From Trichosphaerium sp. ATCC 40318 (lineage: Eukaryota > Protista > Tubulinea), in NCBI GenBank assembly GCA_038496445.1, contig JALMLS010000093.1:744001-808000 (forward strand): 64,000 nt of DNA, given 5' to 3'. The translations under genes and the position numbers were made by a program. The stretch's first letter is position 1. Each line of letters opens with the position of its first letter. Shown piece after piece: positions 51,901-64,000 of the stretch. The notes below the pieces were generated by a model. It did not search any database and was not told the origin of the DNA. It was given only the letters and a program-made list of their open reading frames with translations.

Positions 51901-54900
51901 AGGTCCAGTCGATTGTCCGGCTTTTTTAGGATTCAGTGATTCATCCATATCAAGCTCTCTAAGCATTGAGTCACCCCAAGTGTCAGCACGAGTACGGTTA
52001 GGTGAATCTGGTGGTTTTAGAGACCCCTTGGACACCTTGGGTTTCTTCTTTTTCTGCTTCTTTTTTGACTTCTTCTTCTTTTTATCAGGTTTAGGTTTTT
52101 GTTGTTTCTCTTCATCACTTAACGTAACAGGTTCAATAACAAATTGATCAAACTCATCAATCACAGGGTCTTCGTCTATATCCGGTGTAGCATTTACAAG
52201 ATCATCAATAAGACCATTGATAACATCTTGAGAAAGAGTAGTTAGACATAGTTGTATTGAGCATTGTTGTTGAAAAAAAGAATGGAAAAAAAAAGGATGA
52301 AAATAATTTTGTTCGTACCAAGATCTTGATGTTGTTTCGCTGTTATTTCTTGTTCTTTCCATCCTAAGAATAAATCATCTAGAGAAGCAATTTCATCATG
52401 AAGTCCATGATCTACAGACACCTCTCTAGGAGGCTTCGCATAACCAATAGAAACTCTTTCAACATCTTGAGGAATAACACGGGTAGTAGGAGAAGGTGAG
52501 ATACTTTGTGGTGAAGGTGCATTTCCACCAGCTAAAAATGATATTCCACTAGACATGATGGATAAAATCTCTGCGGACTCAGAGTCTGAAGGTGCTGATC
52601 CTGGCCAAACCTCCTCTGATGATGTTATTCTTGTTGACCGTGAACTTGAGTCTGTCAAGACGCTATTTACACTATTCTGCTTCATCATGACATGGCCTCT
52701 AAGTTCAGGTACTCCTCGCACTGCAGGCCTCAGAGAAGAAGGGGAAGCACGAAGCAATGGAGAGTTTCTTGGAGATACCCGTGGTCGTGGCGGCACAGGT
52801 GGTTTCTTTATCTTTGGAGGAACAGGTGGTGGAGCTGGTTTGTCAGGTTGTGTTTCAACTACCTCTTCTTGCTGATTATCAATAAACATGTCTATCGCAG
52901 CTGTGAGAAAATCAGTATCTGACTCCTTTGGCTCTTCTTCTTTAACTTCAACTTCCACGTGTTTTAGTTCTACACCAAAGTCTTCTTCAGAATCGCTTCC
53001 ATTTACAAGCTTTTTAAGACGTTCATCACGTGCTTTGATCTCTTCTTCAGGTACTTGTGAAAGGTTTGGGAAAAAGTGTAAAAGTTCTTTTACTAAGCCA
53101 TCTCTAAAAGGCATTTGCTTAATCTCACTGACAGTCAGTTGAACCTCTTCTCGTTCTTTAGGTTTTTTAAGTTTAGGCATATGTTGTCTAAGCTCAAATA
53201 GTATCTCATCATGCTCTGCAAGAAGCTAGAGAAAGAACTTAGCCACTTTTCAAAAAAAAAACTAGGAAACAAAAATCCGTACCCGCTTGGCTTGTCTTTC
53301 AGGTGCTTTCTTTAGACCAACCTTACGATTCTTGAGTTCATAAACAAGAGCATCCCTATAGGTATGTAAGTACCAAAAACCATTCCAAATTAGATAGGTA
53401 CGAACCTGATATTCACATTAGGTTTAGCAAGCTCAGCACCCTTTTTGAGTTTTGGTGGATAGAATTTAAGTTCTTTGAAAAACTCTGGTGTTGTGGTTAG
53501 AGAATGATGCGTATTTTTTTAATATATGCAGTACCTGAAGGCAATTTAATACGTTCAGAAATTTCTTTTTGTTCTTGCAGTTCAGCTTCCATTTTCTCTA
53601 AATAAAAAGTCAAAAAATGTTCTTTTATGTAGCTGAACTTTTTACCTAAAGTGAGTCCAATGGCCTTCTGTGTTTCTGCAGGTTTTTCAATACCCAACAA
53701 CGCATCAAGGTCATCTGTAGATAAATTATTTTAACTTAAAAGTACAAGGAGGGTGAGTGATGAGTACATACCTAGAGTCGCTACCTCTGGAACTGTTTCA
53801 TCCAAAGTTCCAATAAGGAAGTTATTTATCTCGCCTGCCAAAGAGTCCTTCTGTGTCTCAGCGAGAAAATCGCTAATCTGGTATTCTAACGAATTATAAA
53901 GTAAGTATGTCACGTGTGAATGAAATGTAAAAGGAAGTAAATAAAAACCAATCGTACTTAGGTATTCTTCTTCTAAACGTTTTCTTTCTTCCTCAATTTG
54001 TCTTTCTCGTTCCTCTGCTTGAAGACGTCTTTTCTCTTCTTCTGCTTTACGTGCTGCAGCTCTCTCAAGCTCTTCTTGTTCGTGTAATTTTCGAGTCTCC
54101 TCAAGCTTCTTCTTACGCTCTTCTTCAATTCTAACCAAGCGAAGCTTCAGAGAAGTCAGAATAAAACGTTAATCACAAAAAAAAATATACCAATTCATCC
54201 TCCTCTTCGTCATCACTGATAACAATATCTTTGATTTCTGGCTTATCTGTGTTATCCTTTTCAGCTTTCAACTTACGTCTCATCTGTAGTTTTAAGGTTT
54301 CAGCCTTTTTATACATTTGTTGTATCATCTTGTACAAAGGTAAAGCAGCTGTTTGAGGTAAACCCAATGCAACAAAATCAGATGGTTTAAAAGCGCATAA
54401 GGCTTTACCATCTGTAAACTCGAATAGATCAGCAAATGGCGCCCAAGGTGTTTTCTTTATCCACTCAATTACATATGATACACGCCAAGTACTTGGGTCA
54501 GATATCTTGTTCCTGTTGGCAATCTAGAAAAAAAGAAGAAAACAATGAGTAAAAACCTCCAAACATTGTTTCCGCTTTTTTCCGATAAAAAAAGACGTAC
54601 TGGTGGTGCCGGTTTTGCAGGCCTTGTAGGTTTCTTTTTTATAGTTACTGGTGGTTTTTGAGCTGCAGGAGATGCAGTATTAACAATTGCTTTAACAATC
54701 TTTATGACTTGTTTTTGTTGTTCTTGAGCTATATTAACAAGAGTCCTTCTTTCTGGTACTTCTTGTGCGACACGTGCCAAGTTTGCTGTAGAATGAGCCA
54801 ATGATTTTGCTGATACAAGTAAATCTGTTTTAATATCATGTGCTAGAGTAAGAGTCTGAGATAATACTTTCGCATGATTTATAAGACTGGAAGCTTGTTC

Positions 54901-56624
54901 TGTAACTATTTTTGCTTGATTAATGATAAGCTGCTTGTCTAAACATTAACTTAGTTAAAAATGATCGAATACATCTATTTCTCTTGTTTAAACCTACTTG
55001 TTGGTTCACGCAATATAACAAACAAAGCTTCAGCTACTATTTGTGCAGCTAGCTCAACATCAAGGTCATCTAAGAACAGATTAATTTCGTTGATTTTGTT
55101 TTGTGCTTCTTTATGTGCATACCTCTTCGATTAGATGGATGTAACCTTCCAAGACTTACATCAGGCTTATAGCAGTTCCAAGTTGGTTTTTGTGATATTT
55201 TTTTCCTGTGCTTCCCTGGTGCAACAACCGAAAGTGCTGGAGAACGGTTGGCTGAAGGTAATCGCACAGTCGAAGGTGCAGCAGATTGAGACTTGCTTAA
55301 GAATTGCATTGATGGAGGAACATTGCTTACTACCTTCATAGTAGAAGGAGCGACAGAAGATCCAGCAGAATGCGCTTTGCTTAATGAAAAAGAGGAAGGT
55401 GCTCCTTCCGTTGTTTTTGGTGACTTGGAGACGCCAATTATCGGTGAAGATGGTCCCTTTGCTGTTGGAGAAAACCTAATAGAAGCGGAAGGTGATTTTG
55501 CTCGTGATGTTGAATCCGTTGACATGTCGTTTGGTTTATCAACAGTACCAAGGTTTAGAGATAGAGATGACTCGATTGTGATAGTTTTTGGTAACGGCCT
55601 TGAATCTCTACCAGGTTGTGGAGGTAATGGTCGTGAGTTATCCACAACTGAAGCCATGGTACGTGATTGTGCGCTAGTATTCATAGTACGACTACTCTTT
55701 ACACTACGAAGAGACATCGAACTCTCTTTAGAACGAGGAGTCTCAAAAAAGAATAAGTACAACAAAAAAAAAAAGGAACATCAATTGCATAACACTCTTA
55801 AAATATTAACATCAATCAAGCTTGGTTGTAGAAATGCGCGATAAATAGTACGTACCCTTCGGGAAGGATAAGGTTTTCTTGATTGTCTATTACTTTTTCT
55901 CTGACGTGTACTTTGTCGTTTCATTCGTTTAAAGTTTTTTACATCTGATTTTGGAAAGAAATAAAACTTTGCTACCTTCTTTGTTTTTGCAAAATACTTA
56001 TTATAAATATCATAAGGACAATCACCATCGACTAATTCAGCGACTGATATACTAATTAGCCCTCAAAAGTTCCTTGAAAAAAAGAAAATTACCTTTCTTT
56101 CTAAGTGTAGAGTTTTGCTCAATATAAAGACCATATACATCAAACAATGTAGTGCTTATAGCCAATTGCTCCAATAACAGTAATTTAGTATCCTTGACGG
56201 AGTGTTTGGCTGAGATTTCTACAATGGTCCCAGAGTTTAAAGCGAGAAAATCAACACGCAACATAAGCTTTAAAAAAACGATTAATTAATTTCCTAAAAG
56301 GGCCAATCGAGGCCTGAAATAAATATACGCGTCCTGCAAACGTACCGTAGCGGCGTTAGGAGTATCTTGAACTGTACTTCGTCTTAAAGTGTGAAGTGGT
56401 ACATTTTGAGGTGTTGTGGCTGGTTCTGCTTTTGTATCTAAACGTAGGATGAGAAAAATACTGAGGCGTAGGTTGTTTGCGTTTTTGTTAACGCTTGAGT
56501 TTGTACCTTTCAGAAAGTCTTCAAAATGAGTAGATACATCTTCTACCACGGTTCGAGATCGCGAAAGACGCCTATCATCGGGTTCTGGCGGTTTTATCGA
56601 TTCGGTTTTTTGGCTTGCCTCCAT
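48903..56624 (-). CDS. Large multi-exon, mostly disordered protein with Ub-like/RA N-terminal region, helical bundle, SAM-like domain, coiled coil and tandem WH2-like motifs
   Basis: Chain of minus-strand ORFs joined by GT-AG introns. SAM-like EWIRKTPWAPFADLFEFTDGKALCAFKPSDFVALGLP. WH2-like RDALVYELKNRKVGLKKA. Could be two genes. Confidence 0.65.
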
Positions 56625-57369
56625 TCTTTTTGGTACGCGTTAGTACAATTGTACGCGTGGCAAAACAGCGTACTGTCGAAGATTTTTTGCAAATTGTTGA
56701 AACTCTATTTCTGTGTCATTGTCCCACATGCCACCTGGCAAGCTGTTTCTGGATGGTACTTCCATTGTCTGTACTAGTTTCCAAAGTTAATTTCCACACA
56801 TACGCGTTTAAATGCATTAAAAACGCTTGCCACGCCAATATACATTAAATACATCAAGAAAGCAGAGCCGTACAAATAAAAATACAAAAAAAACGTACCA
56901 ACCCGGTAGCAAGTGGGTTAAACACTAGTAAACAATTGTTCTTATACTGATTTATGAGCACGGAAGCGAAGAGTTGCGAATCAGTCACTTAAGCCAAAAT
57001 AAGACGTTGGTTTTCTACAAACAAAATGTCAAGTTGATCTTAGAAATAAAAAGTCTAAAATCTTCATTTGTAGGGAACCATATTGATGTAGGGTGGTTAT
57101 CATATGAGAAACCTCAAATCTATAGAAGTACAGCAACAATTCGCAGTTTTGAAGGCGTCACCACAAAGTGTGGTAAGGCAGAAACAATATGGCCTGATAA
57201 ACAGTGACAGCGATAAATTTAAACAAGACAAGAGGTGTAAAATCCAAATCTTGACTAATTTGCCTAGAATGGCGCTTGTCGCACCTTGTTGTCAATTAAC
57301 ACTTGCACAGTGAACAAAGTTCGATCCTAGGCACGAAAGTTGAGTTTATTTCCATTACTGGTGGCCACT

Positions 57370-58561
57370 TCACGACTCCAATGACAATCTATGCACCCGC
57401 TTTCCAACTTTACAATATACAGCGCTTACTGATACGCTGATAGGTTTACCATTTATTTGTGAGGTGCTTTTCGTTAACAAAGGTCTAACATTTCCTACAG
57501 AAACAAAAACAAACTATCAGAAAAACCTGTCACGTGACTTTAATGATTTTAATTACATAAAAAAATCCCTTACCTAAACACCAACCAAGAGAAATATGTG
57601 GCTTCGGATTCTAGAATATAAAGTCAGCGCTAAGAGTGTTCAAAAAAAAAATTAACAACTTTACTTTGTAGTACTCTTGGAAACCGTATGTACTTAGCAC
57701 AGAGTCTATGTGTGCTATTATTTGAGTAATCTAATTAATACTGTTAATGATTCCTACACTATACAAGCGTCTCTTACCTCCTCTTTACCTTTCAGTACAT
57801 TTGCACTGATGAAGGAACGTGTTTCTTCATCATTCACATAAAATTCAAGTGTATCAAATGACAGATGAAATGTAGGCATAAAAATACTTCCAACTACATT
57901 TCGAAGCTTATCTAGAAAAGGATCTATTTGATGATGCCGAAGAGCAAATGGCCGTGCTAAACTGATGTGATACTCTTCGCAATCTAAACCCAAAATCAAC
58001 ACAAAGGAAATTGAACTTTCAGTTGCGAAAAGAAATAGCTTTTGTTGTCTTACTATCGTATTTGAAGCCAATCTCTTTGTCTTTCTTTTCCAGATCGCTC
58101 GTTAATATCAAAGCTTGAGGCTTTAGAACCTTTTCAACAATCGTTGCTTCATGTTTTACTGTGGCATATGTCAAAAAGACGCGTCAACTGTTTTAAGTGA
58201 AAGAGTTTTTGCAAAGTGCTATTACGGTCAACACATACCAGCAATGTAGATGTGAGTTGGGTAGTTCCCTGTAACATGTTTAAACGTCCGCTTTCTTCCG
58301 TCATGAGCCTCTATTGATTCCTGCTTTTCTTCTACAGATAAATAAGTTACAATGCAAGCACTCTTTTAGTCAACCAACGAAGAAGTGTGACAGCTGTGGC
58401 AGAATTCGTCTTTTTTTTAAAGGAGGCTTAATTTCGGTTACATTAACTTCTGTGTCATCAAGTATTCGCTTTTTAGTCTTTGAAGTACATACAGGCGTCT
58501 TAGCACTTGGAACTTTTTCGCTTATCTCAGATTCTGCGTACGCTGCACGAATAAGGTCCAT
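57370..58561 (-). CDS. USB1: U6 snRNA phosphodiesterase Usb1 (2H family)
   Basis: HDGRKRTFKHVTGNYPTHIYI, YHISLAR, YVNDEETRSFIS, YYKNPKPHISLGWCLG (two HxS motifs). Confidence 0.9.
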
Positions 58562-58698
58562 TAATGTACAGCATAGCTAAATCACGTTTGAGAGCAGTAA
58601 CAAATGACTTTAAGACATTTAATATGTTTGACTGTCATAAGCATAAGTAAACAGCCCTGAACACCACCGCAAACTGTTGCATTGCCATCTAAGCAAAA

Positions 58699-61235
58699 AT
58701 GAGCGAAGAAGAGACGCCTACGGCACACGATCCTCGCGATGATATGACAGGGCTAACAAAGGACCCAGCAAAAATGACTGATGAGGAGCTAGTACGGTGT
58801 TAATCGTAGTTTAAAGCTAAAATAGTCTAGTACGAGTTCCTTCCAGAGCTCAAGTACTTAGATTGGTATGAGAATGTATACCGTGCGTAGTACAACAATA
58901 TTAGATAATTATAAACTCACAGTGTATGCTAGCCGAGTTTGACTTTTACGAGATGATGACAGCTATGCTACGACGCAACGGTTACCCTGAGTCACAAATC
59001 GAAGGGCTGGTTGATGGAGAAAGAATGCGCAGATACAGATCCTACGAAGAAAATATGGATACAGCCCGCGACGAAGGCTCTCCGAGCATATTCTTACAGA
59101 AAAGAGGTCCAGGAAGAGAAAGAGAAAGACAGAAGCAATTAGCCAGAAAAGCTGTTGAAGTAACAGGAGACATCATCTTTCCGAATCACAGTGGACTGCA
59201 AGAATTAACGAAAAAGATAGAGAGGGCTGGTATTCCTGGTTTGGTGAGTTTATTATTAAGACATTTTAGCAGTTCTTTCTTTTTACATTTTATTCATGAC
59301 AGTGATGATTGTGTCACTTTTTTTGCTAGCTGTCAAAAAAAAATTTCAAAAACTTCTCGTACCTCCCCTAACTCTTCAAAAATAGAATAAAAACGGATTC
59401 GATATTTCGGTAATACCAGCGATAGATATGAATGCCCCTTTTGCTAATGACTATGGATCTTTTCCTGTGCCTAAAGTACCAAAGGCGGCAATCGCTGTAT
59501 TTGATTGGTTGGGTGACTCTCCAGAACAGATAGCAAGATATAAAGAGTTATTGAATATTACAGATGATAACGAAGATATGGTATCAGTAATAGAGCGTAA
59601 TAAGGATCTTTTTAGAGAACTTGAAGAAGAAAAAGTGTTAGCCGCTGTAGGACGTACGTTATTCGTGAAACTGGATATTTCAAAAAATAATCATGACTTT
59701 TTTTTTCTTTTTTGAACAAAAACTGGTTTACAACTACCCTATTGATGTCAAATAATATTTTTACATATTTAATAACATCAAATTGTTCCATTAAAGAGTC
59801 AACAGTACACGTTTCATTATTTGTGTTTTAGGCACAGAGTCTAAACCAAAACAAATTTTCCGTCTTTTATTAATTTTTATTATTCCCCATTACAAAGTAC
59901 TTGTGCATTGACTTTTGCTACAGTTCTTAGTCAAACAAAGGACTCAATAGAAGAAATAGAACCTGATAATGATGTCGAGGAATACTATGTACTCAAGCCT
60001 GAGGGAGTCGTTCTTACTACACCCGACCATGAAGAGGCTCTTCGAGCCCAACAATTCTTAGAGGTTCAAGAACCCACTTATTTGCAACGTTTTGGTGTGC
60101 AAGGTGCGGTGGACCAGGGACAGTTTTACTTCTTGGCTGCTGCAGAGACAGTGGCTAATACTTTTCTTGCTGTTGTTCCAAAAGCACAAGAACGATTTGA
60201 AGAAGCAAAAAACGATGCAATTGAAAGAGTAATGGAATCTTATCACAAGGTCATTAATTTCAGTGTTGCAAACTATGCGTATGAAAAATATATACGAACA
60301 CAGGAACGTGCTATTAAATATGTTGAAGATACAAAACAAAGGATGTTAAGTGAGACAGCTTATTTATCAGAAAAAGTGAAAAATAAAGTTATTCCCGTTA
60401 CAAAATCAACGAAAACCAGGGTGAATGATAATGGAAATACAAATGAAGGCAATATGAAGAATGAAAGGGTATCAAAGAAGGAAAAAATCCAAACAAGATT
60501 AGCAGAAGCTCCACAAGTGACTCGTACGTATTTTTTTTAATGCTTCTTTTTTCTTACTTACGGTTTTTTTTCTTTTTTAGCTGTTGACCTTAATGCTGCC
60601 TTCTTTTCAATTGCTGAGCCTATAGATATATCAAGCGTCCCTATTAAACCAGTTAAACAGGAGATCGTCCCTATTAAACTAGCTAAACAGGAGATTAAAC
60701 CAATACCTACCAAGGAACCTGTTGTCGCTCCTATTGCGACTGCAAAAGTATCTGCATTCTCAAGTGAGAACTTTGGATACATGAAAGATTCCTTTTTGTT
60801 TATGGCTCCTTTTTTGGTATGATGTTATTGATTTGTACTCGCTTGTTGTTTACAAGTATTAATAGGGAGGATACATTGCTGGTACTGCAATAACATCTCG
60901 ATTTATCACACCTACAACGTTTAAAGAAGGAACAACGGCTGCACAGATGCTTGTTTCGGTACTGTTGTTTTTTTGTTAGAAACCCGTCTCACATGCTGTA
61001 GAAAGCAAGGTATCAATTTAGAGGTGGTCTTGTTAGTGCTTTGTTGATGCCTACTGCATTATATGCTGCTGGATACTATGATCGTTGGAGACTAAGCGAG
61101 AGAATTTCAAATTTTAGTTTCTCCGAATCATACAAAGAACGTACGTAATTTTTCTTAGCTGTCTTGGTGTATGATATTCCTTCGCTCATCTCTATAATAG
61201 TACGAAGGAAAAGAGAGAAAAAGCCTCTGTTGTAA
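58699..61235 (+). CDS. Hypothetical acidic protein with C-terminal hydrophobic segments (multi-exon)
   Basis: Splice-compatible exons from MSEEETPTAH to ...RKREKKPLL*; no family recognised. Confidence 0.6.
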
Positions 61236-61559
61236 AAAAAATAAGAATAAAATAAAAAAATGTATATACGCCATCATAACGTTACCTACACAAAAAGACA
61301 AATGCTATCTTTAAAAAGAAGGTGGAATTTCAACTAACTAAACCGAAACAATACCTTATTACGCTTTAGCTCAGAAATTTCGTCTACTTTTAGGTTTTTT
61401 TTGTTACAAACACCAAACAAGCTGATGTGGCAGAAGTCTTGTATTTTTAATCGCTTGTAGCAATAAATAACCCGGGCTGTATCTCTTTGATTTGATTGTA
61501 CAATATACACTATGTACAATAGCCAGGAGATTTTAGATAATCCCACAGATACAACTACA

Positions 61560-64000
61560 ATGGTACGGAGTAAATTTAAAGCTTAGGTAGAAGAAGTTCG
61601 GAATCAGCTTTGTTTATTTAATTTACGCCTAATTATCCTTCAAAAACATACTGGCGTTATCACAAAGTGATTTAGAAATTTTTTTACAAGAGATAATTCA
61701 AAAAATCAATTTCTGACGAATCTGTAGGAAGAACCAGCAGATGTAGAGCAGGAAAATCCAGTAGTTGACAGTTTCCTTCTTTCTGCATTAGCTTCACAAA
61801 GAGAACGTATGCTAATATTAAAACTCGACAGGGAGCTTGAACACTTCGTACAGAACACTGCGTACGTGCAGAAGTATTATTTTGCAACAAACAATTTTCA
61901 AAACCGAAAACGTTGCACTGAACCTTGTATTGATCCTAAATTGATTATTTATAGCGTCTCGCGTCTGCAATTTCCACCCATGTCATCTTACAATCGTATG
62001 ATCATACACAAAATGGCCCAGCACTTCAAACTCGAACACAACGTCGTTGACATTGCTAGTCCCTCATTCCCAGCGCCAAATACCCAACAAAAACGTGCCG
62101 TTGTACTTTTCAAAACTTCAGAATCCCGCACGTAAGCCATCATAATTTTCTGTTTGTTTTAAGCTTCTAGTACGTAATTACTAACATTATTTCAGCCCTG
62201 TGCTCAGATTTGCTGACCTCTACCGCGAAGAGACCAAAAAAGAGGATACAGGCGTTGTAAAGTTGCTCAAACGTAACCAAATAGTTAAAAAACCTGATTC
62301 ACGTCACCCACCAACACGAATCAAACCCAAACGCGGACCAAGTAACGGCAGCCATCCACCTACAATTTTATCTAGAGAGCCTGAAAGTGCCGTTAAACGC
62401 GATAAAACTCTAGAAGAACGCGAGGAGGAGTATGCCAAAGCGCGTGCGCGTATATTCGAAGAGTTTGAAAGTCAAAAAGCGACACTACCCACCACAGCAA
62501 GTCCTGTTCAAACGAATGCTGTCAACACAGACCCAACACCTCAAGTAGCTGATGTGCCTTCGCCTACAAAAGTTGTAGAGCTTTCAGCATCACCAACTTC
62601 TTCACCAACCACACCAAGGTCCCGTGAGAGCACACCACCTGCTCATAAACAACACAAACACAAGCAACCGAATACAAACGGTTATGCTTCAAGAAGAGCA
62701 AGTCAGACGCGAAAACAGCCTCCAAGATCCCGATCGCAACCACAACTCAATAATGATATACCTACCGCTAACGACGGATATGATACAGTGTATAACAGTG
62801 CACCTCAACCCTACGCTCAGCGTACTTCGGGTAAGTACTAATGAAGTTTTTTTTTGGAGGTTTTTGGGGTTTTTCTCACTCTTTTGCTTAGCTGCTCAGT
62901 ACTCTGGCGCAAACGCGTATGGTAGCGCAGATCAAGCTACTGCTAAGGTCATGGATCGCACATGGACTCATGGCGCCCAGGGTTCTGCACAACAGTTTAA
63001 TGTGCGAACTACCGCTTCTCCACATGAACACAATGTAAATTATGGAGAGAACTTTCAGGCTCAGTATGCCAGAAGAAAACCAGTATCATATGGCATGCAA
63101 TACAAGGTATGTGATATGTGATAGACAATCGATAGCCATTTTCTTCAGAATACAGCCAACACAGCGGCTTTTTTTTTCTTTTGATGGTTATTTCTCCAAC
63201 CAGCAAGCTGGTTAAGAAACTACATAGTGTGTAGGTGATGTAAATTTGATATGAAAAGTTTTTGTAGATTCGTTTTGATGTTTTGTTGGGGGTTTTTTTT
63301 TGATCGTTTTTTACTCATCTATCTTTGTAGAATGGTAATGCACCAACTGCTTACCAAGGCCATGTAAATCACGGACAAAATCAATGGCATTATGGTAATA
63401 ATATGTATAATCAAGAGGCAGCAGCAATACATTACCAGAATCAAGCTCAAATGACACCAGAAGAACAAAATCAGGCTTGGACGCAACATTATATGGAAAG
63501 AGGGTATCATCCTGGATTTTGTTGGGATGGATCTTCAAGCCAGTATCCAGTTCAAGGAAACATGCCGTACGTCTTTTTTTTAACCGTGCTACTTTTTTGG
63601 TTGAAGTTCATTGTCTTATTGGGTGTTTTTGTAGTAGCGGAATGTATGCTAATAATGAAGCTGTTTACTATTCTCAGATGGCTCAGCGTCAAGCAATGCA
63701 ATCAAACGCAAATAGAGCTTATGCCACACAAACGCCTTTATCGCAAGGTATGGGTGGTCATTCACAGCGTGATCAAATGGCTTGGCAAGATCAGGCTCAA
63801 AGTACGCACAAAAAAAGAGAGAACCTGATTTGTTTGAGAGCTTGGCTTGGTTACTTATCCTTACCCGTAGATGCCTACCAAGCTCAAGTATGGGCTGCTC
63901 AAAACCAAGGGTATAATGCATATAACGTTGGCATGCGTCAACAGACCATGCCTTATCACGCCGGATTTAATCAAGCTGCCATGTTTCATAGACGATCTGA
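61560..64000 (+). CDS. R3H + SUZ RNA-binding protein (R3HDM/ARPP21/encore-like), runs off the window
   Basis: ERMLILKLDRELEHFV, FPPMSSYNRMIIHKMAQHFKLEH (R3H), KTLEEREEEYAKARARIF (SUZ). Start position inferred. Confidence 0.88.

Noticed and set aside
50183-55844. Long plus-strand ORFs (50183..50815, 51740..52147, 55293..55844)
   Set aside because: Antisense shadows of low-complexity exons of the minus-strand gene.
1-64000. Alternative genetic code or stop readthrough as the cause of fragmented ORFs
   Set aside because: The breaks I examined in conserved genes are explained by short introns, and TAA, TAG and TGA all serve as terminal stops.

Overview
A gene-dense, AT-rich eukaryotic region with many short spliceosomal introns (mostly ~35-110 nt; GTACGT/GTAAGT donors, TAG/AAG/CAG acceptors). 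Gene content (Roco LRR-ROC-COR-kinase) suggests an amoebozoan-like protist; this is an inference. The flanks hold conventional genes: Roco kinase, mitochondrial carrier, bHLH factor, SDR, Cms1, PARG, USB1 and an R3H-SUZ protein. The ~19-40.5 kb interval is an accessory island. It carries six type-I membrane protein genes sharing one Cys-rich juxtamembrane/TM cassette: five have a variable LamG (Laminin_G_3) head and one has an unrelated head. The copies show patchwork sequence identity and are interleaved with inverted relics, an intronless HTTM gene and an intronless F-box/MORN gene plus a MORN pseudogene. Other signals: CACGTG occurs about 50 times by manual count (about 6 expected); a 252-bp inverted-repeat element with an 8-bp target duplication sits in an intron; and several proteins have unusual architectures (myristoylation motif-PUB-PARG, BRCT-HMG-WGR without a PARP domain, VPS9-STB6-PGBD, Ub-like/SAM/tandem WH2). 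All gene models were spliced by eye, so internal boundaries are approximate.
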